Shown piece by piece: positions 39,286-49,405 of a stretch of DNA of 64,000 nt. Every line of letters starts with the position of its first letter. Position 1 is the stretch's first letter. The stretch comes from Candidatus Amesbacteria bacterium RIFCSPLOWO2_01_FULL_49_25 (GTDB taxonomy: Bacteria; Patescibacteriota; Microgenomatia; CAZETR01; Amesbacteraceae): assembly GCA_001773725.1 (NCBI GenBank), contig MEXP01000009.1, positions 5,073 through 69,072 on the forward strand. The letters are read 5' to 3'. Both the position numbers and the translations under genes were made by a program. The notes under the pieces were generated by a model. The model worked only from the letters and a program-made list of their open reading frames with translations, was not told the origin of the DNA and searched no databases.

Positions 39286-40782
39286 TTATGACCTGCGGGT
39301 GCGGTTCTGGATGGTAATCTCCCCAAACTGCTGTTGATGGTTGAATGTGGAGAAGTACTTTTCTTTGTCTAATATCTTGTCGACTAAGTCAACCGGGATT
39401 CCCTGGGACGGCTCGATGATGACAAAGACTAGAGGTATGGACGGCGAGAAAGAAAGATTATTTCCCAATTGGCCAATCTGGTTCTCTCCATGCCAGTAAG
39501 GTAAATAGCCGTATTTGGTTTTACCGTACCAGTTGAATAGATACGACCAGGTGGTGTTGATATAAAGCGGGGAGGTGACGGAATTGAAAGTAAACGGCCT
39601 TCCCTGGGCCTGACTGTACATATAATCGATGGCATCAAGTTCATGGTGCAAGGTCATGGTCTTTTGAATGGCAAATTCGGTCAGGCCTTGAGAATTTTTT
39701 TGTTTGATATAAGACAGGTTGGACAAGACTATAAAAACAATGATTGTGGCTTTTACCCACGAAGATTTGAGCCGAGACAGAAAATAAACCGTAAAAAGGA
39801 TGACTAACATGCCAAGTCCAGTGTGAATATATGGGGTGCTGATTCCGCCAAATATGAGAGGCGGGGCAAATGAAATTAAACCCAAAGAAAATGTGGCCCA
39901 CCAAGACGGATGGGGCTTAACAAAGACAAAAGCTATCACGAAGCCAAGTACAGCGAGTGTGGGTTGAGTGGGGAAAGTATTGAGACTTATCAGACGTTTA
40001 AATTGGTAAAGGGAGGTGTTTATAAGAGTAAGAGGATTAACTTTGAGTTGTGAATAAGTTGTACGGTTAAATAATAAATTCGCAGGGCCGGAGCGACTGG
40101 GAAAACCGAATTTTATTTCCGAAATTAACATAGTTGATATTGAGAGAGTAAAAAATGATAGTAAAAGTAAGAGTTTTTTTGAGGTAATAGACAATTTTTT
40201 GAGTAAGATCAAAATTAATATGACAGCTGAGTGATAGATAAAAATAAAATTGGATTGGAAGCTCAGGCCCAGTCCAAGACCGGCAAGAATCGGGCCGATG
40301 GTTGAGCGGCGTTGCCATTGCCAAAGACCGTAATATAAAAGAGGCACGAAGAGGATGGCTAAAGCGGTGTTGGTCAGATAGATAGCGTGCTGGGTTTGTT
40401 CGTAAGAGACGGCCGTTAAAAGTGAAGCCAAGGTTGCTAATGACTTGGATTGGAAAAGCCGAAGGCCGATAAAATATGCCAGAAAGATGGCGAGTGAGTT
40501 AATAAAAGACAGCCAGCCGGCTGCTACTGCCGGACTTCCCCGTCCCAACCAATAACCCGGGGCAATAACATAGTAATAGAGAACGCCGTGAAAAAAGTCC
40601 CGAGTGGAAGTAGGTGGTCCCTGAATTTTTATGTCCCCGTGAAGAAGCTCTTGAATGGTATAAGCGTCACGTGCCTGGTCGTAACTGAACATTAAATCTC
40701 CCCCGGGTAGGTAGCGGATCCGGATCAAAAACCCCAGGAAAAAAATAGTTAATACTAACCAATATCGCTTAAGAAAGCTCAT
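39286..40782 (-). CDS. GT-C-fold membrane glycosyltransferase, ArnT-like (family B, 'D[EQ]xRDA' loop)
   Basis: 'FSYDQARDAYTIQELLHG' loop after TM1, 'YYYVIAPGYWLG', ~12 TM; paralog of 57745-62071 genes. Confidence 0.7.
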   Translation of the reverse strand: MSFLKRYWLVLTIFFLGFLIRIRYLPGGDLMFSYDQARDAYTIQELLHGDIKIQGPPTSTRDFFHGVLYYYVIAPGYWLGRGSPAVAAGWLSFINSLAIFLAYFIGLRLFQSKSLATLASLLTAVSYEQTQHAIYLTNTALAILFVPLLYYGLWQWQRRSTIGPILAGLGLGLSFQSNFIFIYHSAVILILILLKKLSITSKKLLLLLSFFTLSISTMLISEIKFGFPSRSGPANLLFNRTTYSQLKVNPLTLINTSLYQFKRLISLNTFPTQPTLAVLGFVIAFVFVKPHPSWWATFSLGLISFAPPLIFGGISTPYIHTGLGMLVILFTVYFLSRLKSSWVKATIIVFIVLSNLSYIKQKNSQGLTEFAIQKTMTLHHELDAIDYMYSQAQGRPFTFNSVTSPLYINTTWSYLFNWYGKTKYGYLPYWHGENQIGQLGNNLSFSPSIPLVFVIIEPSQGIPVDLVDKILDKEKYFSTFNHQQQFGEITIQNRTRRS

Positions 40783-41932
40783 GGTTTTTGGAGGAAAGAT
40801 GAAGCACTAAAGCCAGACTTGTAGCGGCCAGAACGCCGCGGGCAAAAGAAACCATTTGATCGGTCAGGGGCAAACGAAAGTTGATGCCGAATAGACCGAA
40901 ATTGAGTGAAGAATCGAAGGATAGGACAATAACTAAGTGACAGAGCAACAGAGTTAAAAGCTGCGGAAGAGTTTTTCGGAAGTGAATGAAAGTCAAAATA
41001 AAAAATGGAGTGACCCAGGAAAACCATTGAGGATGGTAGTGAGTGACTGAGTAAAAAAGCAGAAGAACGGACATGGGCCAGGCCCAATACGGCAGGCGCT
41101 TGGAAAAAAAATACTGCAGCCAGAAGAGGAGGACGAATCCAACCATAAACAAGGGTAGATATTGGGAGCCGGCGACCATGATTTTGGCATACCACATCTT
41201 GTCTGATTGCTGGGCGAGAAGCGCGTATTGTTTAAAACCAGGAGAAGATAGGTAAGGAAGAATTATGAGAAAGTAGGTAATTGCTCCAAGGCTTATGTTT
41301 TTGATCTTGGAGCCGGGGAGAAAGGGGAGTAAAAATAGCGGAAAAGGTTTAAATCCGGCTCCAATAGCCAGACTGAATGCGGCTATAATAGGACGACGTG
41401 AAGAAAAATACATAGCGACTACAAAAGCTAGGACTAGGAAGATATCAAATTGGCCCATTAAAAATGCCGAATAAATAAGAGGTAGATTGAATGCCCAAAG
41501 ACCGGTAGCCAGTAGTTTGTGTTTGACGTCTACAAGTTTGAGTAATAGCCAGAGAATGATTAAATCTACAAAAAGATAAGGCAATTTGAGTAAGAATAAG
41601 ACTTGGGAGTATTGGGGATTTTGGGAGGCTTGACCCATATCCAACAAGAGTTGTTCGAATAGACTTTTCTGAATTGGAAGAAGTTTTAAAAACGCTGCAT
41701 GAGTTAAATAAGTCAGAGGTGAGTAAACTAAAAAATCATCGCCGTAAAGCTTGACCAGAGGGTCGGTCCGAGGCAAACGACTGATGTAATCGTACACGCC
41801 CAAAAGGCTGTTTTTCTGAGAGATAAAATACCCCCCCAAATAGTGCCCACGGATGTCGGGATGGGAAGTGAAAGGCATCAAGGCCAACCTGAAAATGATT
41901 CCCAACAGAATAAATACCCAAGCTTTTTTCAT
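40769..41932 (-). CDS. Polytopic membrane protein family E (unknown; possible GT-C)
   Basis: 'FTSHPDIRGHYLGGYF' loop after TM1, ~10 TM. Confidence 0.4.
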   Translation of the reverse strand: MKKAWVFILLGIIFRLALMPFTSHPDIRGHYLGGYFISQKNSLLGVYDYISRLPRTDPLVKLYGDDFLVYSPLTYLTHAAFLKLLPIQKSLFEQLLLDMGQASQNPQYSQVLFLLKLPYLFVDLIILWLLLKLVDVKHKLLATGLWAFNLPLIYSAFLMGQFDIFLVLAFVVAMYFSSRRPIIAAFSLAIGAGFKPFPLFLLPFLPGSKIKNISLGAITYFLIILPYLSSPGFKQYALLAQQSDKMWYAKIMVAGSQYLPLFMVGFVLLFWLQYFFSKRLPYWAWPMSVLLLFYSVTHYHPQWFSWVTPFFILTFIHFRKTLPQLLTLLLCHLVIVLSFDSSLNFGLFGINFRLPLTDQMVSFARGVLAATSLALVLHLSSKNHELS

Positions 41933-42942
41933 ATCAGTTTTAGGAATTTGCGGTTGAATTCGCTGGTATCAAATATTTTACTCTTAACGACGGCAGCTTG
42001 TGAAACAGCTTGTAGTTTGGAGCTTTTCGCTTTTATCAGCTCCAAAGTAATTCTCTCGAGCTGGGAAGGGGTATCCCACAAAAAGCCGTTTTGGGAATGA
42101 TCTACTATTTCTTTGTGGCCACCCAGGTTGGTTATAATGGGGACAACTCCCGCGGCCATGGCTTCGACGACCGTGATGCCGAAATGTTCAGTTTGAATCG
42201 CCTTGTCCGCCGAATAGCCGCTGGCTGACCAAAATATATTGGCGGTTGAACATAAATCCTGAATCTTTTTAAATGACGGGTTGGTAATGATCTCGATCGG
42301 CAATTTTTCAGAAGATTTACGAAGTTTGTCGATGGTGGATTGAGTAGCACCCACTGTAGTTCCTCCGGCTAAAACCAATTTCCACCCCGGGAGTTGTTTG
42401 TGTATGTGTTTAAATGAGTTGATGAGGACGGAGTGACCTTTGAGTTGGGTGAGATGAGAAAAGCGCCCGATATATAAAATGATGCTTTGTTTTGTTCCGG
42501 GACTAAAAAGGGATGTGTCAATGGGGGGATAGATCACAGTGCTTTCGATATTGAACTCTTTATCGATCGTAGTTTTGGTAAATTGTGAATTGACGACAAA
42601 TTTGTAAAAACGGGACTTAATAATATTTGACATTGATTGACCGGAAACGTTTTGAAAAGGAAATTGGAAGTGAATAATGGTTTTGGGGGCTAATGAAGTG
42701 GGAAGAGAGCCATCGGAAAGCCAAAAAAGTAGTTTATAGTTCATGGTCCGCAGTTGCCGGACATAATTTGCTTGAGAAATATCTAATCCAAAACGATTAT
42801 TAATATCCTGGGATATGTCATGAGACCACTGGATATCTATTTGCCAACCGTGGTTGAGAAGAAGTTTAGTAAAAGCCGCAGTATAGCGCTCCCCACCTCC
42901 TAGGGAGTCCCAATAAGGGTTATAAATTCCGGCCTTTGGCAT
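41929..42942 (-). CDS. GT4 family (group 1) glycosyltransferase
   Basis: 'GIYNPYWDSLGGGERY' N-terminus, 'LVLAGGTT', 'HFGITVVEAMAAGVVPIITNLGGHKEIV'; start set at MPKAGIY. Confidence 0.85.
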   Translation of the reverse strand: MPKAGIYNPYWDSLGGGERYTAAFTKLLLNHGWQIDIQWSHDISQDINNRFGLDISQANYVRQLRTMNYKLLFWLSDGSLPTSLAPKTIIHFQFPFQNVSGQSMSNIIKSRFYKFVVNSQFTKTTIDKEFNIESTVIYPPIDTSLFSPGTKQSIILYIGRFSHLTQLKGHSVLINSFKHIHKQLPGWKLVLAGGTTVGATQSTIDKLRKSSEKLPIEIITNPSFKKIQDLCSTANIFWSASGYSADKAIQTEHFGITVVEAMAAGVVPIITNLGGHKEIVDHSQNGFLWDTPSQLERITLELIKAKSSKLQAVSQAAVVKSKIFDTSEFNRKFLKLI

Positions 42943-43669
42943 TTTGCATCTCCCAAACCCTGGCATAAATAACAAACGTATTAAATACTTGGAACAAGCC
43001 GTCGATTATACCTTTGGGGCCATCGCGCCAGGCAGATAACTTGACAAAACGCAGCCAGAACTCGGTGGCCATGACTCGCAAAAACCGCCACCAGACGACT
43101 AGGGGGTGATTTGCTTCTAATCTCAACCGAGCTTCGTAGTGAGTAAATTCTATAGTTTTATTTAGCATGGAAGATAAGTCACGATGGGAATGGTGTATGA
43201 GTTCATGGTTCGTAGTTGATAGTTGGCCCGAGTATGTTGGCTGTTCATGGAGTTCCCCTGAATATTTTTTAAGTAGTGATTTGTGAAACAAACGGATGAC
43301 TTTATCGTTACCCCAGCCGCCGTAGTGCATTTCTTTATCAAGATAGATGTTGCGACGGGGGATTTGATAGACACCTGGCTTGATAATAGATTTGACTTCG
43401 AGTCGAAGTTGGGGAGAAACGCGCTCATCGGCGTCGACGTAAAAAATCCAATCGCCCGTGGTATTTTTCAGGCCGGCATTCCTGAATTGGGAGTAGTCTG
43501 AGCCATTGGACTTGATTATTTTGGCACCATAAGACTTGGCTATTTCGTTGGTTTGGTCGGTGTTTCCGGTGTCAACGAGAATAATTTCATCAGCCAAATC
43601 TTTAACCGATACCAAGCAATCCCCTATCATGGCCTCTTCGTTTTTGGTGATGATGATTACACTAAGCAT
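42920..43669 (-). CDS. GT2 family glycosyltransferase
   Basis: 'MLSVIIITKNEEAMIGDCLVSVKDLADEIILVDTGNTDQT', 'IFYVDADERV'; same subtype as 21207-21986 and 44555-45451. Confidence 0.85.
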   Translation of the reverse strand: MLSVIIITKNEEAMIGDCLVSVKDLADEIILVDTGNTDQTNEIAKSYGAKIIKSNGSDYSQFRNAGLKNTTGDWIFYVDADERVSPQLRLEVKSIIKPGVYQIPRRNIYLDKEMHYGGWGNDKVIRLFHKSLLKKYSGELHEQPTYSGQLSTTNHELIHHSHRDLSSMLNKTIEFTHYEARLRLEANHPLVVWWRFLRVMATEFWLRFVKLSAWRDGPKGIIDGLFQVFNTFVIYARVWEMQNAKGRNL

Positions 43670-44558
43670 ATGAGCCTGGGCCCAAGTTCATCAGATAAAA
43701 GTCGAGGACTCCCCTTTTTTGCCATTGACGGCCTGAAAATAATAATTTGAGTGATTCTTTCATTAAGGCGACTTTGGTGCGCACAGGAGCCCAGCGCAGG
43801 CCAAAAAGCAGGCGGTTTCGAGTGATGTAATAATCCTGAAGGGGTGAGCCTATGCCTGCAGCTTGAGCGTTGGCGTGCCAAGCAAGGCTGTCGGCCACAT
43901 ACATAATGGAGTATCCGATCCGTTTGGCACGTTGGCAGAAGTCGTTTTCCTCAAAATATAAATAGTACTTCGGATCGATTAGACCGGTTTTGTCAAAAAC
44001 TTCCCTGCGAACAAAAATTGACGCGCCGGTAGCAAATTCGGTCAAAGCGTCTGAATTGTATTGACCAATGTCTAGCTCATCGACTCCGCGATGCGAGGAA
44101 ATGAGATTGGCCCAATCTATCAGACCACCTGCCGACCAGATAACCTTGCCCCGGTCTGATTTGGAATAACGATCTTTGTGAAACTCGAAACCTGGGGAAA
44201 AATATATTTTTGGAGTGAAGATTCCGGCTCGGGGATACTTTTGGGCGGCGCTAAGGAAGGCGGATAAAGAATCGGGGGCAACGGTGACGTCGGGGTTGAC
44301 GATCCAAATAAAATCCGCTTCGTGGTCGAGGGCATACTTAATTCCAGCGTTGTTACCGGCGGCGTAACCGAGGTTAGCAGGATTTTTGATGAAGATGAAC
44401 TTGGGGTATTTTTTTTTAACAAAATCCGCTGTACCATCCGTAGATTGGTTATCTATTACTAGAACTTCTGATGGGGTGTCAAGTTTTTTTAGAGAATCGA
44501 GACAGTGGGAAATGTACTTTTTGGAGTTCCACGAAAGAACAATAATATGAACTTTCAT
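43662..44558 (-). CDS. GT2 family glycosyltransferase
   Basis: 'MKVHIIVLSWNSKKYISHCL', 'VLVIDNQSTDGT', 'IWIVNPDVTV'. Confidence 0.85.
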   Translation of the reverse strand: MKVHIIVLSWNSKKYISHCLDSLKKLDTPSEVLVIDNQSTDGTADFVKKKYPKFIFIKNPANLGYAAGNNAGIKYALDHEADFIWIVNPDVTVAPDSLSAFLSAAQKYPRAGIFTPKIYFSPGFEFHKDRYSKSDRGKVIWSAGGLIDWANLISSHRGVDELDIGQYNSDALTEFATGASIFVRREVFDKTGLIDPKYYLYFEENDFCQRAKRIGYSIMYVADSLAWHANAQAAGIGSPLQDYYITRNRLLFGLRWAPVRTKVALMKESLKLLFSGRQWQKRGVLDFYLMNLGPGSYA

Positions 44559-45451
44559 GATAACTTACGCATGAGCTTTAAAAGCGGTTTTGTAAGAAAA
44601 CCTGCTTGATCGATTTTGGTTTGATATTTCCACCAATTTAACTTTGAGTGGATAGCTTTTAGTTGATAGTCAAATTGGGTAGGAGTAACGGACTCGGAGA
44701 CGAAACCGGATTTTTCCCAGAGTTTCAAGTACAAAACTAACATGGAAAAGGCCTGGAGAAGGGAGAGGGTCAGGCCGTGCAGACCTTCTTTGTAGCCTTT
44801 ACGGGCAAAATACTGGGTAAGAAATTCCTCAGCAGGTTGGGTAACCAAGTCGGTCCAGGAAAAATTGTGGCCTCGAGCAATAACTTGTTCCAGTTGGTGA
44901 CTCGTGTAGCGATCCATCCGGTTGATAAATTGGGAGATTGAGTTGTAGTTGTGGTGGATGAGGGCGTGAGATTCGTCGGCGGGAAAATCACGGCCGGTGC
45001 CACGGGTAAAAGGAACACTGTGGATGACTGGATCCCAAGTAACGGCGCCTTTTTTGAATAATCTGTAAACATAATCCGGCCACCAATGGGAACTTTTGAT
45101 CCATTGACCAAAAATAATATTACGACGAGGGATACGGTAATAATCCGCACTGGTTTCCGTAATTGCGGAACGAATATGGCCGGCCAAATCTTGGGAGATT
45201 TCCTCGTCGGCGTCGAGGAGGAGGATCCAGTCGCCTCGGGCTTTGGAAATCGAGAAATTACGGACGGGTTCCACGATGCCGGTGTTTTTGTGGTGATAGA
45301 CTTTTGCGCCTAACTTCTTGGCGACTTCGGCCGTCTTATCGGTACTTTCTGTATCTACGACTATGATTTCTCCGGCGATAGGTTTGGCGGAAGAAATTGC
45401 CCGGGCGATGTTTTTCTCCTCATTCCAGGCGGTGATAACAACCGAGAGCAT
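44555..45451 (-). CDS. GT2 family glycosyltransferase
   Basis: 'MLSVVITAWNEEKNIARAISSAKPIAGEIIVVDTESTDKT', 'ILLLDADEEI'. Confidence 0.85.
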   Translation of the reverse strand: MLSVVITAWNEEKNIARAISSAKPIAGEIIVVDTESTDKTAEVAKKLGAKVYHHKNTGIVEPVRNFSISKARGDWILLLDADEEISQDLAGHIRSAITETSADYYRIPRRNIIFGQWIKSSHWWPDYVYRLFKKGAVTWDPVIHSVPFTRGTGRDFPADESHALIHHNYNSISQFINRMDRYTSHQLEQVIARGHNFSWTDLVTQPAEEFLTQYFARKGYKEGLHGLTLSLLQAFSMLVLYLKLWEKSGFVSESVTPTQFDYQLKAIHSKLNWWKYQTKIDQAGFLTKPLLKLMRKLS

Positions 45452-45463
45452 AGCGAAAGATAA

Positions 45464-46993
45464 TTATATGCTATCTCTTTGAGTCGCGCTAATTTTTAGC
45501 GCTGGGTGGGTTTGATAAACATATAACGCAGGTTGGGCGTTGATATCAGGAATAATGGTGACAAGGGTCAGAAAATGTTCGTCAGCCTGAGATGCGGAAA
45601 TGCCCAAGGAATCGGATATGAGTATTTGGTCGGTAAGAGCATCTGACTTCCAAAATATTGGTCTTATTTGGACGTTGTCGATTGTTTTATTGAGATCGAA
45701 CTCGACGTGATTATAGTAATCTTTGAGCCACTCAGTGTCGACCATTGACTGAAGTTTTTGCGGAGGGTAGTGATTGTAGAGAGCTAACCAAATATAAATT
45801 GGGCCTGACCTGGCGTTGTCGATTACTATAGTTTCGTCCGAATGGCTCCTGACGAAGTTCGCCAGGGCTTGGTATTGATACCCCCAAGCGGTTGAGCCTT
45901 CATGCTTTAATAAAACCAAATTTGAATATATCTCAAAAGAGGAGATTAGCAACATAAAAAAATAAACCATTTTACTTTTGCCCAGACCCATGGAGATGAT
46001 CCAGGCAAGAGTTAAAAACATCGGCAACGCCCGCCAGGTGGAGAAGTAATCCGGAGTAGCGGCGGCAATGGCCGGAGAAACAATTACTGATACAACTAAA
46101 GACTTGCCAAACAGGGATTTATAACTTTTAGAGGAAATAAACTTTTTTATTCCCATGATAAACGGAATTATCATCCACCAATAGAAGACGCTGACTTGGG
46201 GAAAAGATTTTCTGGGAGCTGGATCGGGGCGGCTAAAAAGATTAGACGGAGAGAAATATGTTAGAAATAAGAAGGGGTAATTGCCCCGCCCGGCTAAAGT
46301 AGAAATCCTGGAGTTGGCACCGGGGGTAAAACTGATAAACATAATTGGAATTTGGATAAGCAGAGCCAATAACAAAGATAAAATGACGATCTTTTTTCGC
46401 GTTTTCCAATAATAAACAGCTATGAGGGAAATTAATATAACTGAGAGAACTCTTTCGACCTGATAGGCGTAAGCGGAAAGCGATAAAAAGAGAAATGATA
46501 GCGGAAGCATTTTGGGCCGTGAGGCGGCTCTAACTGCCAATACTATCCCCAAAAATAGTAAGGTCAGAGCTAAGTTGGTCTCAAATGCTGCTCGGGAGTA
46601 GAAGATAAAAACGGGAGAAATAGCGACTACGAATCCGGCGGCAGGACCCAAAGCGGCTATAACTAAAACCACAAAAATAAGCCCGGAAACTAAGGATGGA
46701 AGACGAATGCTGACTGGATTGAGCCCGAATAATTTGACTGGTAAAATTGTCATATAAGTATATAAACTCGAAGAGTAAGTTCCGAACGACCGGTTTAATA
46801 TGGGCCAGGTTTTGCCGTATTCATCCCGACCGGTAAGTAAAAGAGAGTAGGCATTGTAGCCGTGGGAAGATTCGTCATCAGTTATACCAGCCGGAGTTTT
46901 GCCAAAATCTACGCCTCGGGAAATCATGGCTAAAATCAGGATTAAGCCCATGGCAAGATGCCGGTTATTCATAGCCGAGAGTTCTGAATACAT
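45464..46993 (-). CDS. GT-C-fold membrane glycosyltransferase, PMT_2/ArnT-like (family A)
   Basis: 'GITDDESSHGYNAYSLLLTGRDEYGKTWPI...FGLNPVSIRLPSLVSG'. Confidence 0.8.
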   Translation of the reverse strand: MYSELSAMNNRHLAMGLILILAMISRGVDFGKTPAGITDDESSHGYNAYSLLLTGRDEYGKTWPILNRSFGTYSSSLYTYMTILPVKLFGLNPVSIRLPSLVSGLIFVVLVIAALGPAAGFVVAISPVFIFYSRAAFETNLALTLLFLGIVLAVRAASRPKMLPLSFLFLSLSAYAYQVERVLSVILISLIAVYYWKTRKKIVILSLLLALLIQIPIMFISFTPGANSRISTLAGRGNYPFLFLTYFSPSNLFSRPDPAPRKSFPQVSVFYWWMIIPFIMGIKKFISSKSYKSLFGKSLVVSVIVSPAIAAATPDYFSTWRALPMFLTLAWIISMGLGKSKMVYFFMLLISSFEIYSNLVLLKHEGSTAWGYQYQALANFVRSHSDETIVIDNARSGPIYIWLALYNHYPPQKLQSMVDTEWLKDYYNHVEFDLNKTIDNVQIRPIFWKSDALTDQILISDSLGISASQADEHFLTLVTIIPDINAQPALYVYQTHPALKISATQRDSI

Positions 46994-47198
46994 AATCGAA
47001 AGATAAAAGAGAAAAGACTTGGGTTCTGGCCTGATAAAAACCGGTAGTTAATTTGTTTTGAAATATCCTGGAGATAGGCGGTGGGTAATAGCTTCTGCGA
47101 ACAGAGATGGCGTAGATATCAAGATTCGTCAAGGAAAGAAGGCGAAGGTACGTTGATATTGTGAGTACCAAAGCGAGCACAATCCCGAATACTTTCAT
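46965..47198 (-). CDS. Hypothetical small protein (77 aa) with N-terminal hydrophobic segment
   Basis: ATG at 47196-47198 overlaps the TGA stop of the upstream family A gene (ATGA); 'MKVFGIVLALVLTISTYL' looks like a signal/TM helix; no homology recognised; occupies the largest intergenic gap. Confidence 0.25.
   Translation of the reverse strand: MKVFGIVLALVLTISTYLRLLSLTNLDIYAISVRRSYYPPPISRIFQNKLTTGFYQARTQVFSLLSFDYVFRTLGYE
46994..47194 (-). promoter_or_regulatory. Largest non-annotated gap in the minus-strand block (candidate internal promoter / small-ORF region)
   Basis: ~200 bp without a long ORF in the main gene frames between two family A genes; overlapped by the 77-aa ORF. Confidence 0.2.
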
Positions 47199-48799
47199 GG
47201 TAAGGAGGTGTCGACGAAGAGGAAACCCGGTTGGCCATTGAGAAAATCTACCTGGTGAACGACTTTGGAATAGGGTATGTCAAAACCAACATAATCCCAG
47301 GGAGCGGAGATGAGCAGGGCCTTTGCCCTCTTGGAGTCTTGTTTCCAGTCCACTCGGCGGAAAATAAACTTGGGAATTTGACGGGTGAGATAAAACTCGC
47401 GAGGATCGGGAGGGCAGTAATAGAGAACATAGGCGTAGGGTATGCCGGTAATGAGCGGGCCCAGACTGCCAAAAGTTTCAGAGATAAGGATATTGTCGTA
47501 GCGGTCTTTGTTTTGACAGGCATATTGAGCCGCTTGTTTGTAACCATACTGCCAGTATTCTGAATAAAACCTGGGAAAATGAACGAAGTAAATATCGGCA
47601 AATATAGCCAGAGAAATTGCTGAAATGGCAAGATACCCGATGGGTAAGAGTTTGCGAAAGCGGGGATACAAAAATTGAAAACCCGAAGCGATTACCAAAC
47701 CGAAGAACGGCAGCCAGACCAGAGAGCGCTGGACGTGCTGCTCGTTCATAGTGAAAGAGGCGGCTAAGGGGCCGGCGAAAAACCAAAACAAGATAAGATG
47801 ACGCAAAAAACGACCGCGGAAGAGAAGAAGGGCAAAGACACCGGCTATGAAAACTGGAAGGTCGGTTAAATACATCAGGCCAATATCGGGATATCCGGGG
47901 AGAGTCAATCCCTGGGCTTTCCAAAACCAGAAGCGAAGATCAAAATAATTGAGATACTTGGCCGCCCAATGATGGAAGATGCGATATAGGTCGTGATCGA
48001 AGATTTTTTGAGTCAGAGATGTGTAGGAGCCGCGATGAAGATAGGGACTTAGACCGGGGTCGCGTAAAATGGATGTGGCGGCGGCGCGAGTAGTGATGGC
48101 CGGGGTAGTAAAAAGAAGGTAAAAGAAAGGAATGGCAAAAATAAATAAGGGGAGGGTGGAAAGCAAGAGTTTTTTGGGGTGAGAGAAGAGAAACTTGAGG
48201 CGATCCCTGCTAAGCCAGAGTAACACTATAAAGAGCAGGGGGGAGAAGAGCCTATCGAAGTAAGACCAGACCGAGAGAGAAAAGAAGGTCAGACACCAGG
48301 AGAAATCGAGAAATGAAGACCGGCGAAGGGATTTGAGAAAAAACGCCAGCCCCAAAAGCAAAAAGGTAGAGGCGGCTATCGCCTCGTGTCCGTAGCGAGA
48401 CATGTGGATGTGCCAAGGCAGGACAGCCAGCCAAAGAGCCGCCAAGAGACTGGCCGGAGAGCTAAAATGGAGATGGCGAAGGATGTAATACCAGACAAAA
48501 ATGGCCAATGATCCAATAACAGCTAACGGCAAACGGGCCGCTAATTCAGTATTGCCAAAGATGGCAATGCTTGGAACCATAGAGTAAATAACTGTCGGGG
48601 GCGTGTAATCACCAATGGTTTTGAATATTAGAGGAAGGGCTATTCCCCATTCGTCGCGACCAGTATGCAATAGCGAATAGGCGTTGTAGGCATGATCCGC
48701 CTCGTCGATAGTTAGACTGACGGGATAGGAGCCGACTGAAAATGTCCGGGTAAAAATGGCTACCAGTAGGACTGAGATGGTTAGCGAAAACCGAACCAT
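47195..48799 (-). CDS. GT-C-fold membrane glycosyltransferase, PMT_2/ArnT-like (family A)
   Basis: 'LTIDEADHAYNAYSLLHTGRDEWGIALPL...FGNTELAARLPLAVIG'. Confidence 0.8.
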   Translation of the reverse strand: MVRFSLTISVLLVAIFTRTFSVGSYPVSLTIDEADHAYNAYSLLHTGRDEWGIALPLIFKTIGDYTPPTVIYSMVPSIAIFGNTELAARLPLAVIGSLAIFVWYYILRHLHFSSPASLLAALWLAVLPWHIHMSRYGHEAIAASTFLLLGLAFFLKSLRRSSFLDFSWCLTFFSLSVWSYFDRLFSPLLFIVLLWLSRDRLKFLFSHPKKLLLSTLPLFIFAIPFFYLLFTTPAITTRAAATSILRDPGLSPYLHRGSYTSLTQKIFDHDLYRIFHHWAAKYLNYFDLRFWFWKAQGLTLPGYPDIGLMYLTDLPVFIAGVFALLLFRGRFLRHLILFWFFAGPLAASFTMNEQHVQRSLVWLPFFGLVIASGFQFLYPRFRKLLPIGYLAISAISLAIFADIYFVHFPRFYSEYWQYGYKQAAQYACQNKDRYDNILISETFGSLGPLITGIPYAYVLYYCPPDPREFYLTRQIPKFIFRRVDWKQDSKRAKALLISAPWDYVGFDIPYSKVVHQVDFLNGQPGFLFVDTSLP

Positions 48800-49401
48800 A
48801 CACTGCCAAGAGCGGCATAGAGTGAATAAAAGGAAACGGCCGCGGTTGCAATATTTTTATGAGTGGACAGACTATCGAGGCCTTGTGAGGCCCAACGCAA
48901 ATAGATGACGAGGACCGGTAGGAGAAAGGCAAGGTTCTTTTGACCAATGAGATAGGCGATTGATGTAAAGATAAACAGAAGGACGAATTCGGACCAGTGT
49001 TTGGTTTTAATGTGATTGAGAAGACCGATAAACCAGAAGGGAAAGAGGACTACGGGTATGGGTTGGAGGGAGGGGGGAGAAAAGTTGCTGCCGTCGCCGG
49101 TGACAAAGAACATACGCGGCTGGGCAAATTCAACCAATTCGATAAATTCGTTGATGAGCAGCATGGGATAGCTGTACACTAGCTTGGGGAGGAGAGAGTT
49201 GCGATGGATTAACCATCCCCCCCATTGCATGTCCCGCAGACGATCCAGGTATGGACCATTTATGCGATTGGCGAACGAACTTCTGAAATATGCGGGTGAC
49301 TGAACCCACTCTTTGACTAAATTTCCCGGTTGGGTAACCGGCCACCAGAAACCAGGGGAAATTACTAACAGCCATATCAACAGCCGAATCCGATGAGACA
49401 C
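48781..49401 (-). CDS. Membrane protein of unknown function (206 aa), GTG start
   Basis: ORF begins with GTG 5 bp after the stop of 49406-50992; hydrophilic N-terminal ~90 aa then 3-4 hydrophobic helices; no family recognised. Confidence 0.35.
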   Translation of the reverse strand: MSHRIRLLIWLLVISPGFWWPVTQPGNLVKEWVQSPAYFRSSFANRINGPYLDRLRDMQWGGWLIHRNSLLPKLVYSYPMLLINEFIELVEFAQPRMFFVTGDGSNFSPPSLQPIPVVLFPFWFIGLLNHIKTKHWSEFVLLFIFTSIAYLIGQKNLAFLLPVLVIYLRWASQGLDSLSTHKNIATAAVSFYSLYAALGSVWFGFR

Positions 49402-49405
49402 TGTT

